A stretch of 64,000 bases of DNA from Centroscyllium fabricii (Eukaryota). The notes beneath the pieces are model-generated. The model made no database searches. It was not told the origin of the DNA and worked only from the letters and a program-made list of their open reading frames with translations. The position numbers were made by a program, and so were the translations under genes. The DNA is taken from contig JBNRSN020000009.1 in NCBI GenBank assembly GCA_051313645.2, positions 39,804,001 through 39,868,000 of the forward strand. Reading direction: 5' to 3'. Of this stretch, positions 47,201-58,331 are shown one piece after another (within the stretch, counting starts at the first letter, position 1; every line of letters starts with the position of its first letter).

Positions 47201-48945
47201 GCCATTCAATGAGATCATGGTTGATCATCCAAACCCAGTACCCTGTCCCTGCCTTGTCCCCACATCCCTTGATACCTATCGAGCCTGCACCGACACCCTA
47301 TCCCCGTAACCCCACATATTTAATCACCCTAACACTAAGGGTCAATTTATCCTGGCCAATCAACCTAACCCGCACATCTTTGGACTGTGGGAGGAAACCG
47401 GAGCACCCGGAGGAAACCCACGCAGACACGGGGAGAATGTGCAAACTCCACACAGATAGTACCTGAGGCTGGTTTTGAACCCGGGTCCCTAGTGCTGTAA
47501 GGCAACAGTGCTAACCACTATGCCACCGTGCCGCCCTTATCTTATTCCTTACTGTGAAATTTATGGGATCTTTGTCCATTCTGATTTCAGCGTTCTGAAA
47601 GTGGAACTGGCCACAGTAGGGGTGGGGGAGCAGATAATGGCCCAGAAATTCGGGTTGGAGGCTTCCCGCGTGTGCAAGCCTCCAACCTGCACTTAACTAG
47701 CGCGCCGGCCGTTGAGCTATGGGCCCGCGTGGAATTCCGATGCAGGGCCTTCCTCAACTGCCGGCGCGCCGCGCTCGCTTATCCCAGCGGCGCAGTTAGT
47801 GCGATGGATCGCGTGGGATCACGTGGGCCATGGAGAGCCAATCAGAGCAGAGAATGCTCCATTCATAAGTTTGACAGGAAGAGCTGTCAAAAGTATGAAA
47901 GCTACAAGCCCCAAAACATCACTAAATCTTCAAATATATATATTTTTTAATCACATTTTTAAAAATAACTATCAATTACATTAAATAACTATTTTAAACA
48001 ATAATTTAAATTTTTGAAAAAATTAATTACAGGTTTGAACGGGGCTAAAAATAAACTTACCTTTCTGTAAATTATTTAAAAATAATAAACCTGTGGAAAA
48101 AATGTTTTAATTTTAATTAATTCACCACTAACCTTCTGAAAACCAGTCTTTGCACATTAAAAAAGCAGCCGTAACTTTTTCATACTTACCCGGACACAGA
48201 ATCTTACAAAAAAATCAAAAGTGCATTGCGCACGCGCTGCCACTCCCGCGCACGCGTTCCGACCCCTGAACCCTTCTGTCAGGGAATCGGAAGTGCCGGT
48301 TTCGCGCGCATGCGCTGTGCACGCACGAAACCAGCACTTTGGATGGGCCTACGCGTGATGGGCCATTATCTCCCTGGTGTTAATTTTAATCTTTGCCAGC
48401 CTCAAAGTATCCTCCAATGGACTGGTGAGTTGCTTCTCCGACATTTTCCCCAACTCCCTCTTACCTTTGTGTTATTATAGCAACATACTGGGAGAGCCCT
48501 GAGGAGAGGGACTTTTTCCTGTCTTTCTTAAGTGTAACCCTTTTTACGATTGGCCCCCCCCCCTCTCCTTTACTGAGAATGGGGGGTTAGGTTAAAACCA
48601 ATTACCCCGTAGGTTCTTAACGTACCCCACGTGTAGAATTCTGTGACCTCCACCCAAATGTAACCCTTTTAACTTGAGAGAGATGAATCAGAGACCAGAT
48701 TTCTATTTACAAACTTTAATAACAGGGATGGGAGATAGAGTTTACATACAAACAGTGTTAAGCAACTAGCAACTAGATACAAAAACAGAAAGCAGCGTTA
48801 ATGTCATATAACAAATCAGTCCACATTCATTTAGTTCTCAAACACTCCCCAGAACACATATCAACAAGCAATTTACACAATGGCAAGGCACCCACTTTAG
48901 CACCCTTACCCCTTGTTATCCCCAAGCCCTTCTCTCAGTAGCTAA

Positions 48946-49213
48946 TACTCACGACTGTCCGAATAGGCTTTACAATGAGGACCGTATACTACAGTCTACT
49001 CACGACTGTCCGAATAGGCTTTACAATGAGGACCGTATACTACAGTCTACTCACGACTATCCGAATAGGCTTTACAATGAGGGGACCGTATACTACAGTC
49101 TACTCATGACTATCCGAATAGGCTTTACAAGGGGGGACCGTATACTACAGTCTACTCCCCACTATCCGAATAGGCTTTACAAGGGGGGGACCGTATACTA
49201 CAGTCTACTCCCC
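48946..49213. repeat. 51-53-bp tandem array (5 copies) inside the Gypsy B LTR; second copy at 55304-55571
   Basis: Units start at 48946, 48997, 49048, 49101 and 49153; first unit is TACTCACGACTGTCCGAATAGGCTTTACAATGAGGACCGTATACTACAGTC. Confidence 0.95.
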
Positions 49214-49653
49214 AAGAGAGTTAACGACGGCTCACGGAACTGCCTCCCTCGTGGCTTCTCTGGATTTTCCCCGGATCTTCTCCTTCTAACCTCCTGCTTC
49301 TGGCTTCTCTGTTCCCGCTCTTTTTTCCTTGGCGTGCCCAGTCTTTTATCCTGTCCTGGCTCCACCCTCCAGTAAATCACCCCACCTTAGCCAGCCTATC
49401 GCAACACAATCACACAGCCCCCACCTGCAAGACTCCTCTTGTTTTTCCAGACTGGTCGGGGCCGAATGCTGGTTTCCATGGCAGCCCAGCCTGTCTGCAA
49501 CAAAGTTCATACTCACACCTGGACAACAACCCCCTTGTGATCAGACTGCCAGACAAATTGGCACCGAAGAAGTCACCTGACCTCAGACCACTGGATCCCT
49601 AGGTTTTTAACCCTTTAGGGAGATTCTCCCTGACTCTGGGTTTCAGACCCAGG

Positions 49654-52600
49654 TTACACTCCCCCCTTACCAAACTTAGTCATGTCCTCATGACTAGTGG
49701 CTCTGGGGCACAGAGACAACACCCCGAGTGGCAGGGCTGCCGTTGCACTAGGCACCCCCAGGGCACTGTATCTCAGTCGGTCAGGAGCCCCGGGTCGTCG
49801 CCGCGACCTCCTCTGCGCTAAGGGAGCAATGTTGTCAGAGGTCAGGTTTCCACCCTCTGCTGGGTTCAATCGCACTCTCTGCCCCACTTGTAGAATGTGG
49901 TTTCGGTGCAACACTTTCCTGGGCCCGTTCCCATCAGCTGGTCTCAACCGAAACACCGGCAAAGGCAACATCTGACTCTCTATTAAATAAGGGGTAGATG
50001 CCCAACGATCGGCTAATTTATGCTTTCCTGGAAGCCCCAGATTTCTTATGAGGACGCGGTCACCAGGCATCAGCTGAGAGAACCGTACTTTCTGGTCGTA
50101 CCTTTGTTTGTTCTCCCGGTTCTGTTTGGCAGCAACCGACTCAGCGAGTTTGTAGGCAGCTTGCAGCTCCCTTCGCATGTTAGCGACGTACTTCAGGTGA
50201 GACTTGGTTGAGCTGTCATCACTGGACACTCCAAAGCACAAGTCCACTGGCATTCTGGCCTCCCTGCCAAACATGAGATAATATGGAGAAAACCCAGTAG
50301 CGTCATTTCGAGAACAGTTATAGGAGTGGACCAAATGTCCCACATGTCGACTCCACTGGGATTTCTGCTTTACATCTAAAGTCCCGAGCATGTTCAACAA
50401 CGTACGATTAAATCGTTCTGGCTGGGGATCTCCCTGAGGGTGGTAGGGCGTGGTTCTAGACTTCTCAATCCCCAGCAGGGACATTAGCTCCCTGATTAAC
50501 CTGCTCTCAAAATCTCGGCCTTGATCACTATGGATCCTTTGTGGTAACCCATAGTGAATAAAATACTTTTCCCACAACACTCGAGCAACCGTGGTTGCTT
50601 TCTGATCTTTAGTGGGAAATGCCTGCGCGTATCGGGTGTAATGATCAGTGATGACCAAAACGCTTTCGGTATTACTGGCATCAGGCTCAATAGACAAGAA
50701 ATCCATACAGACCAGGTCCAGAGGTCCCTCGCTTTCCATATGAGACAGCGGGGCCATTCTTGTGGGCAACGTCTTTCTCTGGATACACCTAACACAGGAC
50801 TTGCAGAATTCCTCTACTGCAGACATCATTCTGGGCCAATAAAACCGATCCTTCACCATCCCATAGGTTTTATCTAAACCCAGATGACCCGCGTCATCAT
50901 GTAGCGATTTCATGACCATGCCCCGATACTTCTCAGGCAACACCAACTGTGAATGACGTGGTCTAAAGGGTGGCCTGGTGATTCTGTACATCACCCCTTC
51001 CTTTATCTGCAGTCTATCCCACTCCCTTAGGATCAACCGACAATCCGGGTGCTTGGACTTGTCGACTCGCCTGCTATCCCCCAACCGAAGAGCGGAGAAC
51101 ACCTCCCCAATACAGGGATCTTGCTGCTGGGCTTGAGATATCTCCCCAAGGTTCAACATAGGCAACTCCCCCTTCCCCAAACAGGATAAGTTACAAAATG
51201 CCTGAGGGACAGCTTTCGGTGAGGCTCCCAACTGGTCAATCCCCCTGCTAGGGGCCGAATTGCAAGTCCTATCCCCCAGCATGGACACAGTGCACATCGT
51301 CCTCACCTCTACTGGAGTGATGTCCTTCCATCCAGGCTCCTGACAATATGACCGACGAGACAGAGCGTCAGCATCAATGTTCTGAGCCCCTGGTCTGTAC
51401 TTCAGGCTAAAGTCATACACAGACAAAGCAGCAAGCCAACGATGACCAGTGGCATCCAATTTAGCAGAACTCAACACATAAGTCAGAGGGTTATTGTCAG
51501 TTTTTACTTCAAATTTAGCACCATACAAGTAATCCTTCAACTTGTCCACCACAGCCCACTTTAGTGCCAGGAATTCCAGTTTATGAGCTGGGTAGTTGCG
51601 CTCAGACGGAGTAAGACTGCGACTAACAAATGCCACTGGTCTCAATCCAGCTCCCTGGTCCTGGTACAAGACACCCCCTAATCCTTCTAGGCTGGCATCT
51701 ACATGTAACTCATAGGGCAGTTGTGGATTGGCGAAAGCCAGTACTGGGGCTTTAGTGAGACTCTCTTTAAGGGCGTGGAAGGCTTCCTCACATTTTTCAT
51801 CCCACCTCTCCCCGAAAGGTTCTGAAGACTTGAAATATTCATTATTTCCCTTCCCTTTGGCTGTTTTCTTCCCAGCAAGTGGACAGTAACCCGACAGTAG
51901 TCTGTTCAATGGATAGGCTACCTTTGAATAATCCTGTACAAACCGTCTATAATATCCACAGAACCCAAGGAATGACCGCAGTGTAGTCACCGTGGTTGGT
52001 TTTGGCCAAGTGACAACCGCCTCAATCTTTGATGGATCGGTGGCTACCCCATCCTGAGATATTATGTGTCCCACATACGACACTGACGTCTGACAAAACT
52101 GGCACTTATCCAAGGACAGTTTGAGACCCTCTTCCTCTAAACGGTCAAGTACCTTTAAGAGCCGGACTTCGTGCTCTTCCAGAGTGGACCCAAAGACAAT
52201 AATATCATCCAGATATACCAAGACCTCGAGCAGGTTCATATCACCCACAGTTTGCTCCATCATTCGCTGGAAAGTGGCCGGGGCCCCTGAGACTCCCTGC
52301 GGCATTCTCTCGAACTGATAGAACCCAACCGGACATATGAAAGCAGTCTTTTCTTTATCCTGTTCACTCATGGGTATTTGATAATAACCACTCCGGAGAT
52401 CCAACACACTGAACCACTTGCTTCCATTTAGGCAAGCTAACGCATCCTCAATCCTGGGGACAGTGTATTGATCCGGTGTAGTACGCTTATTTAGAGTCCT
52501 GTAATCCACACACATCCTAATTTTCCCTGTTTTCTTGGGCACCACCACTATGGGAGACGCATAAGGGCTTCGAGACTCCTTAATGATGTTGGCTTGCTTT

Positions 52601-53442
52601 AGTTTCGCCAAATGCTGCCTGACAGCTTCTATATCTGCTGGGGCCAGCCGTCGCGATCTCTCTCGGAATGGCTTATCCTCAGAGATCCGAATCGAGTGCC
52701 GAGTACTTTGACTGCAGCCAACATCAAATTCATGAGTGGAGAAAACCCTTCTCTTCCCCATCATTTTCTCTATCAAACGGTCCTTCCAGCTCTCAGGCAC
52801 CGGGGAATCCCCAAACTTAAACAATAATGGAGTCAACTCTCCAGGGGGTTCCTCCCCCACCCCAGGACACAGCGGTGCCTCCACCTCAGTAGAAAGCCCT
52901 GGTATGTCTTCAAATATTTTTCTAAATACAGGGTGGATATAATTGGAACTCAAGAAGTTCTCCCCTCCTTGTCCAGCACAGCTCTTCAACAGCCTTCTCA
53001 CTACCGAGGTGTTGCTACCAATCAACATAGACACCCCGCTTTTCACATGGGGATCAGGGCAAACCAGTACCAAAGCGTCAATGATCTCTGTCTTCCCTAC
53101 ATCCGCCTCCAAGAATTCTAACTTCAGAGACACATAACCATCATAAGGGTAGTCAGATGGGCTAAGACCCCAGATCTGCAAGCTGCTGATTTCAATTAGA
53201 GGCAAGTGCCTTAAGTGCCGGTTATAAAAAGACCGATACAAAATAGTGATCTGAGATCCTGTATCCAGGATGGCCTTGGTGTAAATGCCTTCAACCTGAA
53301 GCGACACTACCGAATGTGGTCCTACCAGCCCTGGAGGTATACCAGTTTCTACCTTTCTCTGTTCCTTACTACATCCGATGGAACGTACCTTTGCCACAGA
53401 GACCCCAGACCGTTCCTTTACTGGGTCCCTCTGCCGTTTCCC
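49654..53442 (-). CDS. Pol of Gypsy B (PR-RT-RH-IN), entered by a -1 frameshift
   Basis: Uninterrupted ORF with ILDTGS, YLDD, VDAS/HKLEFLALKW, HDDAGH..CVRC and CMDF/HSDQG/QPER. The frame is -1 relative to gag. The stop codon is the TAA of the LTR's initial TGTAA. Confidence 0.93.
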   Translation of the reverse strand, partial: GKRQRDPVKERSGVSVAKVRSIGCSKEQRKVETGIPPGLVGPHSVVSLQVEGIYTKAILDTGSQITILYRSFYNRHLRHLPLIEISSLQIWGLSPSDYPYDGYVSLKLEFLEADVGKTEIIDALVLVCPDPHVKSGVSMLIGSNTSVVRRLLKSCAGQGGENFLSSNYIHPVFRKIFEDIPGLSTEVEAPLCPGVGEEPPGELTPLLFKFGDSPVPESWKDRLIEKMMGKRRVFSTHEFDVGCSQSTRHSIRISEDKPFRERSRRLAPADIEAVRQHLAKLKQANIIKESRSPYASPIVVVPKKTGKIRMCVDYRTLNKRTTPDQYTVPRIEDALACLNGSKWFSVLDLRSGYYQIPMSEQDKEKTAFICPVGFYQFERMPQGVSGAPATFQRMMEQTVGDMNLLEVLVYLDDIIVFGSTLEEHEVRLLKVLDRLEEEGLKLSLDKCQFCQTSVSYVGHIISQDGVATDPSKIEAVVTWPKPTTVTTLRSFLGFCGYYRRFVQDYSKVAYPLNRLLSGYCPLAGKKTAKGKGNNEYFKSSEPFGERWDEKCEEAFHALKESLTKAPVLAFANPQLPYELHVDASLEGLGGVLYQDQGAGLRPVAFVSRSLTPSERNYPAHKLEFLALKWAVVDKLKDYLYGAKFEVKTDNNPLTYVLSSAKLDATGHRWLAALSVYDFSLKYRPGAQNIDADALSRRSYCQEPGWKDITPVEVRTMCTVSMLGDRTCNSAPSRGIDQLGASPKAVPQAFCNLSCLGKGELPMLNLGEISQAQQQDPCIGEVFSALRLGDSRRVDKSKHPDCRLILREWDRLQIKEGVMYRITRPPFRPRHSQLVLPEKYRGMVMKSLHDDAGHLGLDKTYGMVKDRFYWPRMMSAVEEFCKSCVRCIQRKTLPTRMAPLSHMESEGPLDLVCMDFLSIEPDASNTESVLVITDHYTRYAQAFPTKDQKATTVARVLWEKYFIHYGLPQRIHSDQGRDFESRLIRELMSLLGIEKSRTTPYHPQGDPQPERFNRTLLNMLGTLDVKQKSQWSRHVGHLVHSYNCSRNDATGFSPYYLMFGREARMPVDLCFGVSSDDSSTKSHLKYVANMRRELQAAYKLAESVAAKQNRENKQRYDQKVRFSQLMPGDRVLIRNLGLPGKHKLADRWASTPYLIESQMLPLPVFRLRPADGNGPRKVLHRNHILQVGQRVRLNPAEGGNLTSDNIAPLAQRRSRRRPGAPDRLRYSALGVPSATAALPLGVLSLCPRATSHEDMTKFGKGGV

Positions 53443-54812
53443 AACCTCTGAATTAGCTTCACAAGCTGCTCATTTACTGCCTTCAAATCAGTGTCACTCT
53501 GGCATTTTGTTTTGTAATGTCCCAACCTGCCGCAATTATAGCAGACTACTCCTGACTTCTCCCTGTTCTGGGAATAGCCCCTGGAGAATCCGTTTGACCG
53601 TTGGGCAACTTGACCAACGCTCAACGGAGGAATTGTCTCACTCTCAGGCGCTGACTTAGTCCTTAACTGTGCCAGTTCAACCCGCACTACCTGAAGGTCC
53701 CTCTTCAGTTCCTCCATATCGACACCAACCTCGCCCTGCTGAGGAGGACTAACAACCGCGACCACTGGCTTTGACATCACAGGTTTCTTTGCTGCCTTCA
53801 GACCTTCAATCATATGTTCTTCCTCCCGAATTTCCCTCAACAGTTCAGTGAACGAAAGCGGGTCTCTTAATTTATGAATGATGCGCAACCGGAGACCAAC
53901 CACATCATCAAGCGATGCCCCTCGCACCACCTGCTCCATGCGGAGCTGATTCATCTCAACAGGTTCTATGCCTTTTTTTCTTAACAGGCAGTGCATCAGC
54001 CGGTCTATCCTGAACAAAAATTCCGACAGCTTTTCCCCTGCCCTCTGGGATAGATTCCAGAATTTTACCATTAAATCAGCCACCGTGTCCGGGGACCCAA
54101 AAGCAATTTCCAGGGCCTGTACATAATCCCAGGAAGTAGCTCCCGGATTCTGTACCTTTAGAAACCGCAAAATATCCGCAGCAGGACCCCGAATACTCTC
54201 CAGTATTCTCTGTCGTTTTATGTTGTCACTGCACTGCCACTCTTCAATCAAAAGCAACGTTTGCTCTGCCCATGCTTCGTACTCTTCCTCCCCTACAGGG
54301 ACCGGCCTCACCCCAGAAAACACCCGAAGTTTGCGATATCGTGAAGCCTCCCCTGGTAGAACAGCACATCTTTCTATCAGAGAGCCGATGGCCCCCACCA
54401 ACTCAGTGTTGAGAGCCAGAGCCGAGAACCCTGCCAGCCCAGATGAATCCTGGACCGTCTTTCCGTCCTGCTGTAGGAAATCGAGCAGCCTGTCTGCAAC
54501 CTCCCCCTCCTCCTTTATCGGAATGGGGACTGTCTGCACTGTCCAGGGGCCAGCTTCTCCAGGTACCTCGATCACCCTGGGAATACCCTTTCCCCTCAGA
54601 CTCTCCGAGGTTTGTACTAGCACCGATTGGGTTTTTGTGATGGGATCCAATCGACAATTCACCACCTGAGCTTTCCCAAAAACCTGGGCCCCTGCCAAAC
54701 CTTGAACTAACATTTTAGAGGTACTTGCCTCAGCTACCCCATGCAGTACAACAGCACGTTCCACATCGATTTGACACTGCTTACACCACAAAGTAACCGT
54801 GCTCACGTCCAT
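53418..54812 (-). CDS. Gag of Gypsy B, PNMA (paraneoplastic Ma)-like capsid with CCHC knuckle
   Basis: 464-aa ORF with WC at the N-terminus, YRKLRVFSG...EEEYEAW...EWQCSD..KRQRILESIRGPA...FGS, Q..GEKLSEFL.R and CYNCGRLGHYKTKC. Confidence 0.93.
   Translation of the reverse strand: MDVSTVTLWCKQCQIDVERAVVLHGVAEASTSKMLVQGLAGAQVFGKAQVVNCRLDPITKTQSVLVQTSESLRGKGIPRVIEVPGEAGPWTVQTVPIPIKEEGEVADRLLDFLQQDGKTVQDSSGLAGFSALALNTELVGAIGSLIERCAVLPGEASRYRKLRVFSGVRPVPVGEEEYEAWAEQTLLLIEEWQCSDNIKRQRILESIRGPAADILRFLKVQNPGATSWDYVQALEIAFGSPDTVADLMVKFWNLSQRAGEKLSEFLFRIDRLMHCLLRKKGIEPVEMNQLRMEQVVRGASLDDVVGLRLRIIHKLRDPLSFTELLREIREEEHMIEGLKAAKKPVMSKPVVAVVSPPQQGEVGVDMEELKRDLQVVRVELAQLRTKSAPESETIPPLSVGQVAQRSNGFSRGYSQNREKSGVVCYNCGRLGHYKTKCQSDTDLKAVNEQLVKLIQRLGNGRGTQ
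53436..53442 (-). promoter_or_regulatory. -1 ribosomal frameshift slippery heptamer G GGA AAC
   Basis: X XXY YYZ heptamer in the gag frame a few codons before the gag stop, followed by a possible stem (GACCCAG...CTGGGGTC). Confidence 0.8.
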
Positions 54813-54869
54813 CTCTCTCTCGGCAACAGTGGGTTCACTCCACTAGTGTATGAGACTGGAAGTCACAGT

Positions 54870-54888
54870 ATCCCGGACCGAGCCCCCA
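54870..54888 (-). promoter_or_regulatory. Primer-binding site, tRNA-Pro type
   Basis: TGGGGGCTCGGTCCGGGAT two bases after the 5' LTR; equals the classical tRNA-Pro PBS TGGGGGCTCGTCCGGGAT plus one G. Confidence 0.85.
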
Positions 54889-57800
54889 AATGTAACCCTT
54901 TTTACGATTGGCCCCCCCCCCTCTCCTTTACTGAGAATGGGGGGTTAGGTTAATACCAATTACCCCGTAGGTTCTTAACGTACCCCACGTGTAGAATTCT
55001 GTGACCTCCACCCAAATGTAACCCTTTTAACTTGAGAGAGATGAATCAGAGACCAGATTTCTATTTACAAACTTTAATAACAGGGATGGGAGATAGAGTT
55101 TACATACAAACAGTGTTAAGCAACTAGCAACTAGATACAAAAACAGAAAGCAGCGTTAATGTCATATAACAAATCAGTCCACATTCATTTAGTTCTCAAA
55201 CACTCCCCAGAACACATATCAACAAGCAATTTACACAATGGCAAGGCACCCACTTTAGCACCCTTACCCCTTGTTATCCCCAAGCCCTTCTCTCAGTAGC
55301 TAATACTCACGACTGTCCGAATAGGCTTTACAATGAGGACCGTATACTACAGTCTACTCACGACTGTCCGAATAGGCTTTACAATGAGGACCGTATACTA
55401 CAGTCTACTCACGACTATCCGAATAGGCTTTACAATGAGGGGACCGTATACTACAGTCTACTCATGACTATCCGAATAGGCTTTACAAGGGGGGACCGTA
55501 TACTACAGTCTACTCCCCACTATCCGAATAGGCTTTACAAGGGGGGGACCGTATACTACAGTCTACTCCCCAAGAGAGTTAACGACGGCTCACGGAACTG
55601 CCTCCCTCGTGGCTTCTCTGGATTTTCCCCGGATCTTCTCCTTCTAACCTCCTGCTTCTGGCTTCTCTGTTCCCGCTCTTTTTTCCTTGGCGTGCCCAGT
55701 CTTTTATCCTGTCCTGGCTCCACCCTCCAGTAAATCACCCCACCTTAGCCAGCCTATCGCAACACAATCACACAGCCCCCACCTGCAAGACTCCTCTTGT
55801 TTTTCCAGACTGGTCGGGGCCGAATGCTGGTTTCCATGGCAGCCCAGCCTGTCTGCAACAAAGTTCATACTCACACCTGGACAACAACCCCCTTGTGATC
55901 AGACTGCCAGACAAATTGGCACCGAAGAAGTCACCTGACCTCAGACCACTGGATCCCTAGGTTTTTAACCCTTTAGGGAGATTCTCCCTGACTCTGGGTT
56001 TCAGACCCAGGTTACATAAGATAAAGAAATTCTGTTTGTCCTTCCTTCACCAAGCATTCTTAAAAGTATCTAGCTGTGAGAACAGGTGCTATTAAACACA
56101 GAAAGGTAAAGAGTCAGCAAATGAATGGGATGGATTCCCCACCAGTGGAGGTTCTTCAACCTTGATTTTATGTGGTATCTCATGATGCGAATGTGCAGTA
56201 CTAGTTTACCACTAAGTAGAGTAGCTTTCATATCTATATGACCTGAACCCAGGCTTTTCAGTAGAAGCATCTCATAGGGACCAACCCCAGAGGCAACCTG
56301 AATGTGGCATTGATGCATGTTTTAGTCTTCCTTTCTCACATATGTTCTGGAGGATTTAGTAAACCTGGCAGTTCAATGCAAATCAATTATTATAGCACCC
56401 AACATTAATCCGAAAAAAGTCCCCATTGGAAAACAGTCCACTCTCCTGATATATTGCCTCACACTCTCCCCCTCCCCCCACCATGGTCCTGAAATTCCTT
56501 CAAGGGCACTCCTGAAGTGTATGCTGGGTGGTGAGAATTCATTTTGAGGTGCGACCCCAGTTCACCCCTTTTCTTGACCGACGTGACATTCCGATGGGGC
56601 GAATGCTTCCTGCGCCTGCTCACCTGGGTCGGACGTCAGAAGAGTGGGCCGTACAGGCGGGATGACATCACCCTCCAGAAATCCTGCCATTTCTGCCTCC
56701 TTTGCCCTGAGTATGATGCGGACATACCTGGGTTGCCAGGCTAACATCCTGGTGGAAGTGAGGCCCATAATGCCAATTTCTTAAGGGGCAATCGAACACG
56801 GAGTCATTAGGAATGTGACTGCTGCAAAATGGATCCATTCTCTGACGATCTCTGTGATCTTTGGCCAGAATGGTCCCACCATCCCCTTGGAGCGGCAAGG
56901 TGCCGCCACGGAATCCCTGCCCACCATGGAGCAACTGTTGGCGGTGGGGGGGGGGGGGCGGGGATTACCGTAAATGGCGCAGGTGCCTTTTATGCAGATA
57001 GCCCCATCCTTGGGATTTGAGAAAGGGTCAGGGCCGGACGAGACTGGCAGCTGGATGTCCCGTCGCACATCCCATCTCGTGCTGAAGCAGACCACCATTC
57101 ATGTTCCAAAGCAAGGAGAACTATCCTCAAGCTACAAACCCCCTTCCCCTTTGCTGTTCCACCATAAGCAGTGACAGACGGGGGCGGGGTAATGGAAGGC
57201 CGATTGACGCAGAGATGCTCTCTTTTCATGGGGGACTGGGACTAACTGGATTACTCTTCAAAAGAGCTGGTGCCGATTCGATGGGCCAAATGGCCTCCTT
57301 CTGTGCTCTACTATTCTATGATTCTATGGCCAGGCACAAAAATGCAGAGGATGGCAGCTTCAGTTGAAAGACTGCCACCCCATGGCGGATATTTTATAAA
57401 CAATGTATAGTTTTATATATTAAAAGTCTTGGCAGACAGCGCACACTTCCTGTAGATGTTTTGCTTACTTCCTATAACATTTTCGCCATCACACTTTGTT
57501 GATAACACCACTATTGTTACTAAACATAGCCCCATACTCACTGTGAGCAATGCCATGGAGAGTCTGCTAGTTTATAGTGCTGTATGTGCGGTATTGTGTA
57601 TATATTCCTTTAAATACAATAGTAAGACGCCATGAAGATTTCTGCTTTTAATGAAGGCTACATTTGTAACAGAGCGAGGAAGTGTTTCACTGAGAAAGCA
57701 CCTCAATCGGGAGCCACATCTGGATTATATTAGTGTCCAATTGTCTAAATCTCGAGAGAAAAATCAGGTTAGGTAATGTATTGGCTCAGCAGCATGACGT

Positions 57801-58331
57801 CAAGGAGCAATTCTGTTCCAGAACATTTTGGGCAACATAAGATCTTTGTAAGACGCAGACTCCGCCCCCACCCCCCCACCACCTGACCCTCTGCAGACAT
57901 TACCTCAGTTTTTCCACAACTTGGTCTGCTTTTTAAAGAAAAATAACATTTCTATTAAACTGAGTTGTGAAGATGTTATTGATGGGCTGGAGATTACTGA
58001 GCTTGGCAGTGGAGTCCTGTGGAGCTCAATTAACGTTGTACTAGCAATACAGTCTTCAGCCCAGGAGGTGGGTGTTCTGACGTTTCAGCTGGGTTTTCAT
58101 TCGTGCAGCTCCCTCACACTCAGTAACTGTTCTGACTGTTCTGAGCCAGTTCCTCCGATCACTGGTTAAACAAGCACGAACAGAAAATAAGCAAAACCTC
58201 AAAGGGGAGATTAAAAACACCACAGGCCACACAATCCAGAATAAAAAACAGAAAAAGTGGAAGACAGGGTGGGTGGGTGGGACCCTCCACTAGATCAGGA
58301 GTATACCCGAAACAGTAACCTATAATTTATT

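Larger units (their letters stand above)
48533..56016 (-). mobile_element. Gypsy LTR retrotransposon B with PNMA-type Gag, full length and very young
   Basis: Two 1126-bp TG...CA LTRs (48533-49658 and 54891-56016) with only one difference seen. 4-bp TSD TAAG. tRNA-Pro-type PBS at 54870-54888 and a G-rich polypurine tract next to 49658. Confidence 0.97.

Noticed and set aside
48946-49213. Regular ~52-bp repeats, and the 78-bp array at 13866-14520, as a CRISPR array
   Set aside because: The units are head-to-tail with no unique spacers, there are no cas genes, and the context is a eukaryotic transposon.
53418-54812. A domesticated host PNMA gene
   Set aside because: It lies within a complete element with LTRs, PBS, pol and TSD.
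56521-57170. GC-rich stretch with several short ORFs
   Set aside because: No recognisable domain, termini or splice structure; probably an old repeat that I cannot classify.
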